A stretch of DNA of 64,000 bases from Deltaproteobacteria bacterium (GTDB lineage: Bacteria > Desulfobacterota > GWC2-55-46): contig JBBTBW010000009.1 of assembly GCA_038043525.1 (NCBI GenBank), forward strand, positions 6,114 to 70,113, given 5' to 3'. Below are positions 29,245 through 39,863 of the stretch, piece after piece. The notes below the pieces were generated by a model. The model was not told where the DNA came from. It did not search any database and saw only the letters and a program-made list of their open reading frames with translations. A program made the translations under genes and the position numbers. Within the stretch, counting starts at the first letter, position 1; each line of letters opens with the position of its first letter.

Positions 29245-31035
29245 ATGATGACCGAGAAAAAATCACTCACGCTCGATTTCGTGGCCTCCGTACTCAGGAA
29301 GAAAGACCTCCTGAGCGAGGTTCAAGAAAAGGAGATACGCATAAAGGGCGAGGGACAGAGGGCGCGCCTTAAAAAATCACACGATACGTTCTATTCATCA
29401 AAGAGGCTCCATGCCATATCCGAGACGGTCTCAGCCGCCGAAGTAATAGCCTCTTTGAACCTCGCGGTGCCTGGGACCGATAAGGTCCTTACCGAGGAGA
29501 TGATCACCGAGGCCATAGCCTCTGAGGTCGGCCTGCCGTACCTGAAGATAGACCCGTTGAAGCTCAACCTCGATCTGGTCACCTCCAATATACCGAGGCC
29601 TTTCGCGCAGAGATACCTGATAGTGCCTGTTGATGAGAAAGACGGCGTAGTCACCCTTGCCGTAGCTGACCCGTTTAACCTCGAGGCCGTGGAAAGCCTC
29701 AAGAGCAACAGGCGCATGAAGGTGACGCTCGTACTTAGCTCGAAGACCGACATACTCAAGATAGTGCGCGAGTTTTTCGGGTTCCGCTATTCGGTGGGCG
29801 CGGCGGAAAAAGAGTTTAAGGGGTCGGCCGAGCTCGGCTCCCTAGAACAGTACGTAAAGCTCAAGGGTGCGGTAGAGCTTGAGGCGACAGACCAGCACAT
29901 AGTCAACGCGGTCGAGTACCTCCTCCATTACGCTTACGAACAGAGGGCAAGCGATATCCATATAGAGCCGAAGAGGGAAAAATCCCTTGTAAGGCTAAGG
30001 ATAGACGGGGTACTCCACTACATCCATACCGTGCCGAGGGCGGTCCACGCGTCTATCGTCTCCAGGATAAAGATGCTCTCCAGGCTCGATATCGCGGAGA
30101 AGAGAAAGCCGCAGGACGGGCGCATCAAGACTTCTTTTCGCGATAAGGAGATAGAGCTCAGGGTCTCGACCCTGCCTACGGTCTTCGGTGAAAAGGTAGT
30201 GATAAGGATATTCGACCCTGAGATACTCCTGCAGGATATAGTAGGGCTTGGTTTTTTTCCGAAGGAGCTGGATACTTTTAACGGGTTTCTCAAGAAGCCT
30301 TACGGCATAGTCCTTGTGACAGGGCCTACAGGGAGCGGAAAGACAACTACGCTTTATTCGGCCCTTAAATCGCTCTCGACCCCTGACGTGAACATCATCA
30401 CCATAGAAGACCCGATAGAGATGGTCGTAGAGGAGTTCAACCAGGTCGGGGTTCAGCCGCAGATCGGGGTAGACTTCGCAGGGTGCCTGAGGACCTTGAT
30501 GAGGCAGGACCCTGACATAATCATGGTAGGGGAGATCAGGGACAAGGAGACGGCTGATAACGCGGTGCAGGCGGCCCTCACAGGCCATCTCGTCTTCTCG
30601 ACGCTGCATACCAACGACGCTCCCTCGTCGGTGACCCGGCTTCTTGACCTCGGCGTGCCGAAGTTCCTGATAAACTCTACCGTGATAGGGATAGTGGCCC
30701 AGAGGCTTGTCAGGAAGATCTGCGTCAACTGCAGGAAGGAGAGGCTTCTGACCGACGACGAGATGGAGCATCTGAGGCTCAAGCCGAAGGAGTACAAGGT
30801 ATGGTACGGCGAAGGATGCACGGATTGCCGCTCTACGGGCTATAAAGGCAGGACCGCTGTATTTGAAATGCTCGACTTTAATGAAGAGATGAGGTCTGTC
30901 CTTGTCAGGACTATCGATGTGACCGCTCTTGAGAAGGCGGCCCGCGCCGGCGGGATGTCTACACTTAGGGAGTCGGCCATCAGAAAGATGCTTATGGGGC
31001 ATACAACATACGAAGAAGTCATATCAGTGACATGA
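29245..31035 (+). CDS. GspE/PilB-family secretion ATPase
   Basis: ASDIHIEP, PQDGR, GPTGSGKTT, TIEDPIE, RQDPD, TGHLVFSTLH, CxxC...CxxC zinc motif. Confidence 0.93.
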   Translation: MMTEKKSLTLDFVASVLRKKDLLSEVQEKEIRIKGEGQRARLKKSHDTFYSSKRLHAISETVSAAEVIASLNLAVPGTDKVLTEEMITEAIASEVGLPYLKIDPLKLNLDLVTSNIPRPFAQRYLIVPVDEKDGVVTLAVADPFNLEAVESLKSNRRMKVTLVLSSKTDILKIVREFFGFRYSVGAAEKEFKGSAELGSLEQYVKLKGAVELEATDQHIVNAVEYLLHYAYEQRASDIHIEPKREKSLVRLRIDGVLHYIHTVPRAVHASIVSRIKMLSRLDIAEKRKPQDGRIKTSFRDKEIELRVSTLPTVFGEKVVIRIFDPEILLQDIVGLGFFPKELDTFNGFLKKPYGIVLVTGPTGSGKTTTLYSALKSLSTPDVNIITIEDPIEMVVEEFNQVGVQPQIGVDFAGCLRTLMRQDPDIIMVGEIRDKETADNAVQAALTGHLVFSTLHTNDAPSSVTRLLDLGVPKFLINSTVIGIVAQRLVRKICVNCRKERLLTDDEMEHLRLKPKEYKVWYGEGCTDCRSTGYKGRTAVFEMLDFNEEMRSVLVRTIDVTALEKAARAGGMSTLRESAIRKMLMGHTTYEEVISVT

Positions 31036-31042
31036 AGGGAAT

Positions 31043-31666
31043 ATGAAGATAACATCAGCCGAGTTCGTTATAAGCGCCGTGGGCAGGTCGCAGTACCCGA
31101 AGGACGGTCTGCCGCAGGTGGCCCTTGTGGGAAGGTCCAACGTCGGCAAGTCCTCTCTCATAAACAAGTTCGTCAACAGGAAGGGGCTGGCCAAGACAAG
31201 CTCTCAGCCGGGAAAGACACAGACTATTAATTTTTACAGGATAAACGGCGAGTTCTATCTCGTGGATTTTCCCGGCTTCGGCTACGCGTCAGTCCCCATG
31301 TCGCTTAAAAAGACATGGGAGAAGATGATGGACGATTACTTCGACGCGAGACCCGAGCTTAAAGGCGTCATCGTGGTCCTTGATCTGAGAAGGGAGATCG
31401 GCGATTACGAAGAAGGGCTCTACAGCTGGCTGGAGAGGCTCGGCCTGAAGGGAGTCACCGTGTTTACAAAGTCCGACAAGCTCTCTAAAAACGAGATGAC
31501 TTCAAGGGCGGCGCGCCTTAAAAAGGCCTTTGGACTTAAAGACCTCGTCTTTTTTTCATCCCTGACAGGGGACGGAAAGATAGATCTCGGCAAGAAGATA
31601 AGGCATCTGATAGGCCCGGGCCCTGGCGGGACGGATAGTGATCATCTGGCCGACGGCGGCGCGTAG
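31043..31666 (+). CDS. engB: Ribosome biogenesis GTPase YihA/YsxC
   Basis: GRSNVGKSS, PGKT, DFPGFG, TKSDK. Confidence 0.95.
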   Translation: MKITSAEFVISAVGRSQYPKDGLPQVALVGRSNVGKSSLINKFVNRKGLAKTSSQPGKTQTINFYRINGEFYLVDFPGFGYASVPMSLKKTWEKMMDDYFDARPELKGVIVVLDLRREIGDYEEGLYSWLERLGLKGVTVFTKSDKLSKNEMTSRAARLKKAFGLKDLVFFSSLTGDGKIDLGKKIRHLIGPGPGGTDSDHLADGGA

Positions 31667-31882
31667 TGATAGCCGTCACAGACTTAAGCCGGCTTTAAAG
31701 GTAAGAATGCTGAATGAAAGACACCTTCTCAGGCCGTTTGTTATCTGCCTGAGCAACAGGGGCCGGGTTGTTTTTTTGGAGGCGTGCGGCTGTCAATAAC
31801 GAGTGATCTGGCGGCACTCGGGTTCAACAACGCCTTTAGATTCCGCTTGACAAACTCTGCAAAGGGGATTAATTATTCAATA

Positions 31883-32800
31883 ATGAGAAAAAAACCTATA
31901 AAATACATAGCGCTTGTATATACGGCATCGGTCCTTGTCTCAGGCTGTGCCGGTGTGAACGAGAAAGACAAGGTTATTCAAGGCTTGAGCGACAGGATCA
32001 GCGCGTTGCAGACCTCCGTTAAAGAGACAAACACAAAGGTGGAAGACCTGAGCGCAAAGGTCTTGCTGATAAATGCAAAGACCGACGCGACCGGCAAGGC
32101 GGTTGAAAGGCTCTCCAGCATGCCTTCCGCCCCGCCGCAAGGCCTTGCTGTAGTCAAGCTCGGCGAGGAGCCGGAGCGCAAGGCGGACGCACCCTTTCCT
32201 GTTGTCCTTACAAATGGCGCGCAAGAGGCTAAAGCTCCGGCCGGTACTCCAAGGCCTGAGGCTGTCAATACTGAGGTTTTAAAGGTTGAGACTGTAAGGC
32301 CTCCGGTTGCGCAGACCGCTTTGCCTCAAAAGGCCGAGAAGCCGCTATCGGTTGAAAAGAAGGATAAGACAGGAGCAAAGGCCTCTGATGTCGGCTCCGG
32401 CGCGGACGCGCAGTCTTTGTATGACAAGGGCCTGGAGCTTTACAACGGCGGCAGCCATGAGGACGCGAGAAGGCTACTGACCTCTTTAGTAAAGAGCTAC
32501 CCGGACCATCTTCTTGCCGATAACGCACTTTACTGGATAGGCGAGTCGTATTACTCGGAGAAGGACTTTGAGACAGCGGCCGCAAGGTTCAGCGAGGTCT
32601 TTAATATATATCCCGGGTCCAATAAGGCCCCGGACGCGTTATTGAAGGCCGGGTATTCGTATATCGAGTTGAAGAGGCCTGAAAAGGCCGTCGAGGCGCT
32701 TGAATATGTTGTTAAGCGCTACCCTGCTACAGAGGCGGCCGCAATGGCCCAAAAGGCGCTGAAGGGATTTTCGGGCGCTAAAAAGGAAGGGGCGAGATGA
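31883..32800 (+). CDS. cpoB: Tol-Pal protein YbgF/CpoB-like lipoprotein
   Basis: Lipobox VSGC, coiled coil, TPR with ADNALYWIGESYY and KAPDALLK. Confidence 0.85.
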   Translation: MRKKPIKYIALVYTASVLVSGCAGVNEKDKVIQGLSDRISALQTSVKETNTKVEDLSAKVLLINAKTDATGKAVERLSSMPSAPPQGLAVVKLGEEPERKADAPFPVVLTNGAQEAKAPAGTPRPEAVNTEVLKVETVRPPVAQTALPQKAEKPLSVEKKDKTGAKASDVGSGADAQSLYDKGLELYNGGSHEDARRLLTSLVKSYPDHLLADNALYWIGESYYSEKDFETAAARFSEVFNIYPGSNKAPDALLKAGYSYIELKRPEKAVEALEYVVKRYPATEAAAMAQKALKGFSGAKKEGAR

Positions 32801-33969
32801 AGATAAAACTGTTGGCTCTGGCAGTGTTGTCGTTGCCGTTGGTCTTCTCAACGATGGTATCAGCGGATGAGCTTAAGATGCCCGCAAGCGAAGCCGGCAT
32901 AGACTCTGAAGACAAGGCCGAGGCAGTAACAGCCCCTGCCGCCGGGGACGAAGAGGCCGCCTACTATACGATAGTGAAGCGAGATACCCTCTGGGACATC
33001 TCAGGAAAATTCCTTAAAAACCCGTTCAAGTGGCCTAAGATCTGGAAGCTCAATCCGTATATAAAAAACCCGGACCTTATCTTCCCCGGAGACGTGGTTA
33101 AGATCACCCCGAACGGGGTCGAGATAATCGGCAGGAAAGAGGCCTCAGGGATAAAGACCGGCGGCGAACAAGACCTGCCTGTAGTCACCCTTGAGCCGAA
33201 CGGCGAAAATGTCGTTATGCTCGAGCCTGAGGCCCAGGCACAGGAACCTAAGGAAGCGGCCCCGGTAGCAGAGCAGGCAGAGCGTGGCGTAGCGGCAAGC
33301 TCGATATCGAAGAAGGGTTTTATCTCCTCTAAGGAGGTCTTGGCGGCAGGGGCGATAATAGAGGCCAGGGACAAGAGGCTTCTTCTTAACGCCGGGGACG
33401 AGGTCTATCTTTCATTCAAGGACAAGGGCAAGATAAGCATCGGAGATCGTTTTACGATATTCATCGTCGGCAGGGAGATAGCCCACCCTGTTACATCCAG
33501 ACCGATGGGCAACATCATCGACATACTCGGCAGTGTTGACGTGATCTCGACCGGCAGTGTCATAGTCGGCAGGCTCGATAAGACCTATAAAGAGGTCTCT
33601 CCCGGGGCAAGGCTCAGGGCTTATAAGGAGCCTGCGGCAGATGTGACCGTCACTCAGACTGAAGCGGTCGTTGACGGGGTAATAATAGCCGCGCTTGAGG
33701 ACATGACGCAGATCGCCAAGGGAGACATAGCATACATAGACAAAGGCGCCAGGCAGGGGCTCATGAAGGGCAATCTCCTTCATATATCGAGGCGTTCTGA
33801 TGTGGTAGCTGACCCGCTTGACAGAAAAAAGAAGATCACCCTGCCGCAACAGGCGCTTGGCGAGATGGTCGTGGTAGAGACCGATGATGATGTCTCGACC
33901 GCTATAATTGTTAAAAGCTTTAAGGCGATAAACCCGGGCGATAAGGTCTCTACAACCAGGAAAGACTGA
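32797..33969 (+). CDS. LysM peptidoglycan-binding domain protein
   Basis: YTIVKRDTLWDIS..FLKNPFKWPKIW..NP.IKNPDLIFPG; usual neighbour of dprA. Confidence 0.9.
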   Translation: MKIKLLALAVLSLPLVFSTMVSADELKMPASEAGIDSEDKAEAVTAPAAGDEEAAYYTIVKRDTLWDISGKFLKNPFKWPKIWKLNPYIKNPDLIFPGDVVKITPNGVEIIGRKEASGIKTGGEQDLPVVTLEPNGENVVMLEPEAQAQEPKEAAPVAEQAERGVAASSISKKGFISSKEVLAAGAIIEARDKRLLLNAGDEVYLSFKDKGKISIGDRFTIFIVGREIAHPVTSRPMGNIIDILGSVDVISTGSVIVGRLDKTYKEVSPGARLRAYKEPAADVTVTQTEAVVDGVIIAALEDMTQIAKGDIAYIDKGARQGLMKGNLLHISRRSDVVADPLDRKKKITLPQQALGEMVVVETDDDVSTAIIVKSFKAINPGDKVSTTRKD

Positions 33970-34114
33970 CGCGCCGTCCTGATGCATTCATGGCAGGCGG
34001 TAAGCAGGCGGCTCGTTTTAGCCGGGCCTTTTGGTTCATAAACCTCATGCCCTTTGCGGCTCTCAGGCCGCATGCGGACATGATCAGGTCAAGACTCTTA
34101 CGGGTATATTCCCA

Positions 34115-35203
34115 GTGGATGATGAAGGGCTTAAATACTGGCTTGCTTTGGCCCGGCTCCGAGGTCTTGACCGTCTTGGCGTAAGAGGGCTTTTGCAGAG
34201 GTTTTCCTCCCCGAGGGAAATCTTCGAGTCTCCGGATTCGATCGATAGCTTTTCTTCAGTCCTTGCGAAGGGCGTAAGGGAGTTTGACGGATGGGACTGG
34301 GTCGAAGACCAGCTGTCTGCGATGGAAAAAAACGGCGCAAGGGCGATCACCTTTAACGATCCGGGATTCCCGCCGCTTCTGCGCCATATACAAGACCCTC
34401 CGGCCATGCTCTTTGCCAAGGGCAGGGCATTTGATGAGCAAACTCCTCCTGTAGCTATTGTAGGGACCAGACACCCTTCGCAGTATGGCCTCAAGATGGC
34501 CACGATGCTCGGCAGGGACCTTGCTTCCAAGGGCCTTTGCGTTGTGAGCGGTATGGCAAGGGGGTGCGATATGGCGGGCCATAAAGGCGCCTTGTCTGCC
34601 GAAGGCTTTACAGTAGCTGTTCTCGGCACAGGGGTCGATCTGGCTTATCCGCCTGAGTCCAAACGGCTCTACGAGGAGATATCCGAAAATGGTCTGCTTC
34701 TATCTGAATTCCCTATGTCGACACCCCCTGTCAAGCATAACTTTCCGGCGAGGAACAGGATCATAGCAGGCATCTCTCTGGGGGTCGTTGTAATAGAGGC
34801 GCCTTTGAGGAGCGGTTCTCTGATGACCGCCCGCTTGGCGCTCGAATACGGAAGAGACGTCATGGCTGTCCCGGGCCAGGCCCTGACTGATAAATGCGCA
34901 GGCACGAACAGGCTGATAAAGGACGGGGCGTGCCTTATAGATAACGCGGATGACGTCGTACAGGCTCTGTCGCTCGAAAAGGTTCCTTCCCGCCAGATCG
35001 AAAAGGTAGAGAGGCCGTCAGAAGCCCTTGCAGGCGACGAGAGGCTCCTGTGGCACGCGCTGGCGGTTGAGCCTGTACACATAGACCATCTGATAGAGGA
35101 GACAGGGCTTGGCGTTATGAGGGCCTCGGCGCTCCTCCTTGAGATGGAGTTTAAAGGGCTTGTCAGGCAGTTTCCGGGCAAATGCTTCGCAAAAGGCGTG
35201 TAG
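34115..35203 (+). CDS. dprA: DNA-processing protein DprA
   Basis: AIVGTR, VSGMARGCD, AVLGTG, FPARNRII, SGSLMTA, C-terminal LLEMEFKG; GTG start inferred. Confidence 0.95.
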   Translation: MDDEGLKYWLALARLRGLDRLGVRGLLQRFSSPREIFESPDSIDSFSSVLAKGVREFDGWDWVEDQLSAMEKNGARAITFNDPGFPPLLRHIQDPPAMLFAKGRAFDEQTPPVAIVGTRHPSQYGLKMATMLGRDLASKGLCVVSGMARGCDMAGHKGALSAEGFTVAVLGTGVDLAYPPESKRLYEEISENGLLLSEFPMSTPPVKHNFPARNRIIAGISLGVVVIEAPLRSGSLMTARLALEYGRDVMAVPGQALTDKCAGTNRLIKDGACLIDNADDVVQALSLEKVPSRQIEKVERPSEALAGDERLLWHALAVEPVHIDHLIEETGLGVMRASALLLEMEFKGLVRQFPGKCFAKGV

Positions 35204-35310
35204 CAGGGCTGTCGCGGTCTTATCTCTGTGGTATACTTTCAAGGGCAGGCCATGAGGGCCTGCGTCTGTTGCGAGCAAATAAATGGGTAAAAGGGATAAT
35301 CGGATAAAAG

Positions 35311-37446
35311 ATGGGAAAGTCACTGGTCATAGTGGAGTCTCCGGCGAAGGCCAAGACGATAAACAAGTTCCTAGGCAAGGATTTTATAGTGATCGCTTCG
35401 GTAGGCCATCTGAAGGACCTGCCTAAAAGCAAGCTCGGCATAGATATAGAAAACGGTTTCGAGCCTTTCTACGAGACGATAAAAGGAAAGGCGAACACGC
35501 TCAAAGAGCTGAAAAAGGCCGGTAAGACTGCAGAGAAGATATTCCTGGCGCCTGACCCTGACAGAGAGGGTGAGGCGATAGCATGGCATATAGCCGACGA
35601 GATAGACAAGGGCAGGAAGAAGACCTTCAGAGTGTTATTCAACGAGATAACCGAGAAGGCTGTGACCGACGCCATAGCGCACCCTACTGTACTTGATCAG
35701 CACAAGTTCGAGGCACAGCAGGCAAGGCGCATCCTTGACAGGCTTGTCGGGTATCAGGTCAGCCCGATACTCTGGGACAAGGTCAGAAGGGGACTGAGCG
35801 CGGGCAGGGTCCAGTCAGTAGCGGTGCGGCTTATCTGCGACAGGGAAAGGGAGATACAGGCCTTTGTACCGAAGGAGTACTGGTCTGAAACGGCTGAGTT
35901 CGCCCATTCATCCGGCGGTGTCTTTAAGGCGAAGCTCGCCAAAAAGGACGGCAAGAAGTTTGAGATAAACAACGAGCAGGAATCCGATGCGGTCTTATCC
36001 GACCTCAAAGGGGCCTCTTACAGCGTAGACGAGGTGGAGAAGAAGGAGACGAAGAGGAACCCTGCCGCGCCGTTCATTACCAGCAAACTCCAGCAGGAGG
36101 CCTCAAGGAAGCTCGGCTACACGGCGAAAAAGACTATGATGCTCGCTCAACAGCTCTATGAGGGGGTCGATATCGGCGAGGATAACCCTGTAGGCCTCAT
36201 CTCATACATGAGGACGGATTCGACGCGCGTCTCCAACGAGGCGGTCGCATCCGCCCGCGAGTTGATCTCAGCGAAGTACGGGGAGCAGTATCTGCCGGCG
36301 AAGCCTAACATATACAAGTCCAAGAAAAAGTCGCAGGACGCGCACGAGGCGATAAGGCCTACGTACTTCCAGTACACGCCTGAGTCAGTCGCGAAGCATC
36401 TCTCAAAAGACCAGCTCAAGCTCTACCAGCTCATCTGGAACAGGTTCATAGCCTGCCAGATGAACCCGGCCATCATAGATCAGACGCGCGTACAGATAGG
36501 TGCGAAGGGGTACACATTCAACGCCTCGGGATCATCGATCAAGTTCCCGGGTTTCATGGCCGTCTACATCGAAGGGCAGGACGTAGAGGAGGAGAAGGAG
36601 GAGGCGATACCGCCTTCCCTTGCAAAGGGTGACGCGCTCAAACTCATCGCGCTCCTGCCTGAACAGCACTTTACTCAGCCGCCGCCGAGGTTCACCGAGG
36701 CGACGCTTGTAAAGGAGCTTGAGGAGAACGGGATAGGCAGACCTTCGACTTATGCCGCCATCATCTCTACGATACAGGACAGGGAATACGTCATCAAGGA
36801 CAAGACACAGCTCAAGCCGACAGAACTCGGGTTCATGGTAACAGACCTTCTGGTGGTGAGCTTCCCTGAGATACTCGACGTCGAGTTCACTGCGCACATG
36901 GAAGAGGAGCTTGATTCGATAGAGGAAGGCCAGCTGGAGTGGCGCAAGGCCATGGAAGAGTTCTACGGCCCTTTCAGGGAGAGCCTTGAGAAGGCGAAGA
37001 AGGACATGAAGAACGTCAAGGCCGAGGAGGTCCCGACCGATATCGTCTGCGAGAAGTGCTCCAGGCACATGGTGATAAAATGGGGGAGAAAGGGCAAATT
37101 CCTCGCCTGTTCGGGATACCCTGAGTGCAAGAACACAAAAGACTTTGAGACCGACGAGCATGGCAAGGTCGTAGTTGTTGTAAGGGCCCCTGAGACGACG
37201 GATACCCCGTGCCCCAAGTGTTCCAAGCCTATGACGGTCAAGAGCGGCAGGTTCGGCAAGTTCCTCGCCTGCTCCGATTACCCTGATTGCAAGTCCACGC
37301 TGCCGTACTCGACAGGCATACCGTGCCCTAATAACGACGAAGGCATGCTTGTCGAGAGGCGCACGAAGAAGGGGCGGACTTTCTACGGCTGTTCGAAATA
37401 TCCGAAGTGCGATTATGCGACCTGGGAGCTTCCAAAGGCGGAGTGA
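35311..37446 (+). CDS. topA: DNA topoisomerase I
   Basis: LVIVESPAKAKTI, DPDREGE, SAGRVQS, YMRTDS, GIGRPSTY, C-terminal Zn ribbons. Confidence 0.98.
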   Translation: MGKSLVIVESPAKAKTINKFLGKDFIVIASVGHLKDLPKSKLGIDIENGFEPFYETIKGKANTLKELKKAGKTAEKIFLAPDPDREGEAIAWHIADEIDKGRKKTFRVLFNEITEKAVTDAIAHPTVLDQHKFEAQQARRILDRLVGYQVSPILWDKVRRGLSAGRVQSVAVRLICDREREIQAFVPKEYWSETAEFAHSSGGVFKAKLAKKDGKKFEINNEQESDAVLSDLKGASYSVDEVEKKETKRNPAAPFITSKLQQEASRKLGYTAKKTMMLAQQLYEGVDIGEDNPVGLISYMRTDSTRVSNEAVASARELISAKYGEQYLPAKPNIYKSKKKSQDAHEAIRPTYFQYTPESVAKHLSKDQLKLYQLIWNRFIACQMNPAIIDQTRVQIGAKGYTFNASGSSIKFPGFMAVYIEGQDVEEEKEEAIPPSLAKGDALKLIALLPEQHFTQPPPRFTEATLVKELEENGIGRPSTYAAIISTIQDREYVIKDKTQLKPTELGFMVTDLLVVSFPEILDVEFTAHMEEELDSIEEGQLEWRKAMEEFYGPFRESLEKAKKDMKNVKAEEVPTDIVCEKCSRHMVIKWGRKGKFLACSGYPECKNTKDFETDEHGKVVVVVRAPETTDTPCPKCSKPMTVKSGRFGKFLACSDYPDCKSTLPYSTGIPCPNNDEGMLVERRTKKGRTFYGCSKYPKCDYATWELPKAE

Positions 37447-37498
37447 AGGCCTGAAGGCCTCATTTAATCAGGCGGCCTGCTAAAAAAAGGACAGGATC

Positions 37499-38257
37499 AT
37501 GATAACAAGAGATTCGAAGAATATCCTCGTTGCGGACGACAGCTTGTTTTTCAGGTCAAAGTTGAGCGATATCCTTATAGAGGCAGGCCACAAGGTCAGA
37601 TACGCCCGCGACGGCAACGAGGTCATAAGCGAGATCCGTAATGGGGCCGATGGCATAGATTTGCTCATCCTCGACCTGCAGATGTCTGACATAGACGGCT
37701 TCGGCGTCCTCAAATGGATAAATGACAACGGCTTCAAGGGCAGGTTCCCGGTCCTCGCGGTAACAGGCGTCTATGAGATAAGCAAGGTCATGGACAAGAC
37801 AAGGGAGCTCGGGGCGACAGGCCTGATGACAAAGGGCTTCACGCCTGAGCAGATAATCTTCCGCCTGAACAGGATCCTCTTCCCCGAGAAGGCGGCGGCA
37901 GGGACGAGCCCCAGGACGCGCGTCCCGGTATCTATCGCGGTCGACTTCACGATGGGGGATTCCAACCGCACCGGTTTTCTCCTGAACATCAGCGAGACCG
38001 GCGCATTCCTGCACACAAGGGACGAGCTGCTTGTAGGCGCGCTCATACGCATGATATTTTCGATACCCGGGTCCGACAGGGTCATAGACGTAAAAGGGAT
38101 AGTCAAATGGACCACCTCTGAGGTCGCAAGTAAGACCCTTTTCGGCGGCTACGGGATAATGTTCACGACTATCGACGCTGATACGCAGAAGGCCCTGGCT
38201 GAATTTGTCGAAGCGGAGGCAAAGAGGCTCGGGCTTGATCAGGACAAACAGGGCTGA
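37499..38257 (+). CDS. Response regulator receiver fused to PilZ domain
   Basis: ILVADD...ILDLQM..DG...T...K receiver; C-terminal NISETGAF PilZ fold. Confidence 0.88.
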   Translation: MITRDSKNILVADDSLFFRSKLSDILIEAGHKVRYARDGNEVISEIRNGADGIDLLILDLQMSDIDGFGVLKWINDNGFKGRFPVLAVTGVYEISKVMDKTRELGATGLMTKGFTPEQIIFRLNRILFPEKAAAGTSPRTRVPVSIAVDFTMGDSNRTGFLLNISETGAFLHTRDELLVGALIRMIFSIPGSDRVIDVKGIVKWTTSEVASKTLFGGYGIMFTTIDADTQKALAEFVEAEAKRLGLDQDKQG

Positions 38258-38337
38258 GACGGACGAACCAGCATCGATTCCGGCCGGTAAAAGCATGTTG
38301 TTAGTTTGATGGGCTGCAGGTATCCAGATGTATATAT

Positions 38338-38375
38338 AAAAAAACCCATCGGTCGTTTAGACCGATGGGTTTTTT
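38338..38375. terminator. Bidirectional Rho-independent terminator
   Basis: A-tract-CCCATCGGTC-loop-GACCGATGGG-T-tract between convergent genes. Confidence 0.85.
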
Positions 38376-38395
38376 ATCTTACGTATCTTAAAGCC

Positions 38396-38947
38396 TTATG
38401 ACTTGAATCTCTTTCTTGCATAGGCGAGCCCGGCAAGACCGCTTCCCAGCAAAAGAAGGGTTGATGGTTCTGGGACCGGCGCTGAACCGTTTACATCAAG
38501 CGATACGATTGTGTTCGGATCGAAAGAAAGGCTCTGCCAGTTTACCCAGATGTTGTCGGCATCAAAGGTTATGCTTGACAAACTGAAACCTGCCATGTTG
38601 GTGATAGGGTTTATTGTAACGGAGGTAAAGGCCGCGATGCTCCCGAAGATGTCGGTGATCCTGAAACCGTTAAATGCGCTGGAGTTAAAGGAGCTTGGGA
38701 TAGTGAAGCTCGCAAGGAGATTTGTATCTGATATATCCATTGAGCCGACGCTGGCAACGAGGTTTGCTACTTCTATACCAGGGCCGACAAGGTAGTTGCC
38801 ATTACCGGCATTGGAGTAATTGGTCGCAAGGTTGGGGTAAAAATACTGATATTGAACGGTATTTCCCTGCATCAAGGCTGAGGATGTGCTCGGTACCATG
38901 AACGAGAGCATGAGAGCTGAGGATAGAAGCAGAAGTGTTCTTTTCAT
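38396..38947 (-). CDS. PEP-CTERM exosortase-target surface protein
   Basis: Signal peptide, Ser/Thr/Asn-rich body, C-terminal PVPEPSTLLLLGSGLAGLAYARKRFKS. Confidence 0.93.
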   Translation of the reverse strand: MKRTLLLLSSALMLSFMVPSTSSALMQGNTVQYQYFYPNLATNYSNAGNGNYLVGPGIEVANLVASVGSMDISDTNLLASFTIPSSFNSSAFNGFRITDIFGSIAAFTSVTINPITNMAGFSLSSITFDADNIWVNWQSLSFDPNTIVSLDVNGSAPVPEPSTLLLLGSGLAGLAYARKRFKS

Positions 38948-38999
38948 TTTGAGGCCTCCGTTTTTTGTTTGCTCGATGACAGCTTACGTCTTCTATTTA

Positions 39000-39014
39000 G
39001 CAACTTGCGTGCCA
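39000..39014 (-). promoter_or_regulatory. sigma-54 promoter of the PEP-CTERM gene
   Basis: Minus strand TGGCACG-CAAG-TTGC, a consensus -24/-12. Confidence 0.85.
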
Positions 39015-39064
39015 AGGCAATAATGCCCTGATATCTCAGGTTTTTTTATTGAATGTCTCTATGG

Positions 39065-39158
39065 GTGTAAGGTTTTACGACAGGTATGTGTCCGCTCATA
39101 CCCCTGAATTGTCTTGAAAATACAAAGGGGGTGGATATGGGTGTAAAGAAGTTCGACA
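39065..39158. promoter_or_regulatory. Two upstream activator boxes (PrsR-type)
   Basis: GTGTAAGGTTTTACGACA at 39065-39082 and GTGTAAAGAAGTTCGACA at 39141-39158, upstream of the sigma-54 site. Confidence 0.7.
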
Positions 39159-39380
39159 ATTTTTTTAGAATATCTTGATCTTCGGATAAGCCGGGTCAAG
39201 TATGCGGCGGTATGAGTATTCTTTTTCTGTCAGGGTCGTTTTGACGGGAATTTTAAGGCTGACAGCCGGTTTCTTTGTTTTACTCTGCCGGTCTGCCTGA
39301 CCTGATCTATTGGGCTGTTTGTAAAAATGAAAAGAGTTAAGCGCATTAAAGACCGCTGGTCTGATCTATCTCTGGTATCT

Positions 39381-39863
39381 TCAGGTTTTTTTTATGTATG
39401 CGTAAGCTATCAGCGCGGCCCCGATCGTTATCGCCGAGTCCGCGACGTTGAAGGCAGGCCAGTGGTAGCCTGCGATCGAGAAGAAGAGGAAGTCTACGAC
39501 GTAGCCGAGTCTCACCCTGTCTATCAGGTTTCCTGCCGCGCCCCCTGCTATGAGAGAAAATGAGATGACGTTAAGGCGCCTCTTCTCGTCTTTTACCAGA
39601 AAGGCGATTATGACGAGCGCGGCAATCGACGTGAGGGCGAGAAAGATTGTCTTCATAACGCCGCCGCTGGAGAAAAGGGAGAAGGCGGCGCCTGTGTTCC
39701 TGAAGTGGACTATATCGAAAAAGCCGGCTATCACCTCGAAGCCGCTGTCAAGCGGCATAGAAGAGACGATCAGTCCCTTTGTCGCCTGGTCGATGATTGC
39801 GACTATGATGACGGTCGCTGCGAGGATTTTATAGTTGCCTTTTATCGCAGTGCCTCCGCGCAT
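39381..39863 (-). CDS. lspA: Lipoprotein signal peptidase II
   Basis: [30 protein letters not shown]; downstream of ileS. Confidence 0.96.
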   Translation of the reverse strand: MRGGTAIKGNYKILAATVIIVAIIDQATKGLIVSSMPLDSGFEVIAGFFDIVHFRNTGAAFSLFSSGGVMKTIFLALTSIAALVIIAFLVKDEKRRLNVISFSLIAGGAAGNLIDRVRLGYVVDFLFFSIAGYHWPAFNVADSAITIGAALIAYAYIKKT

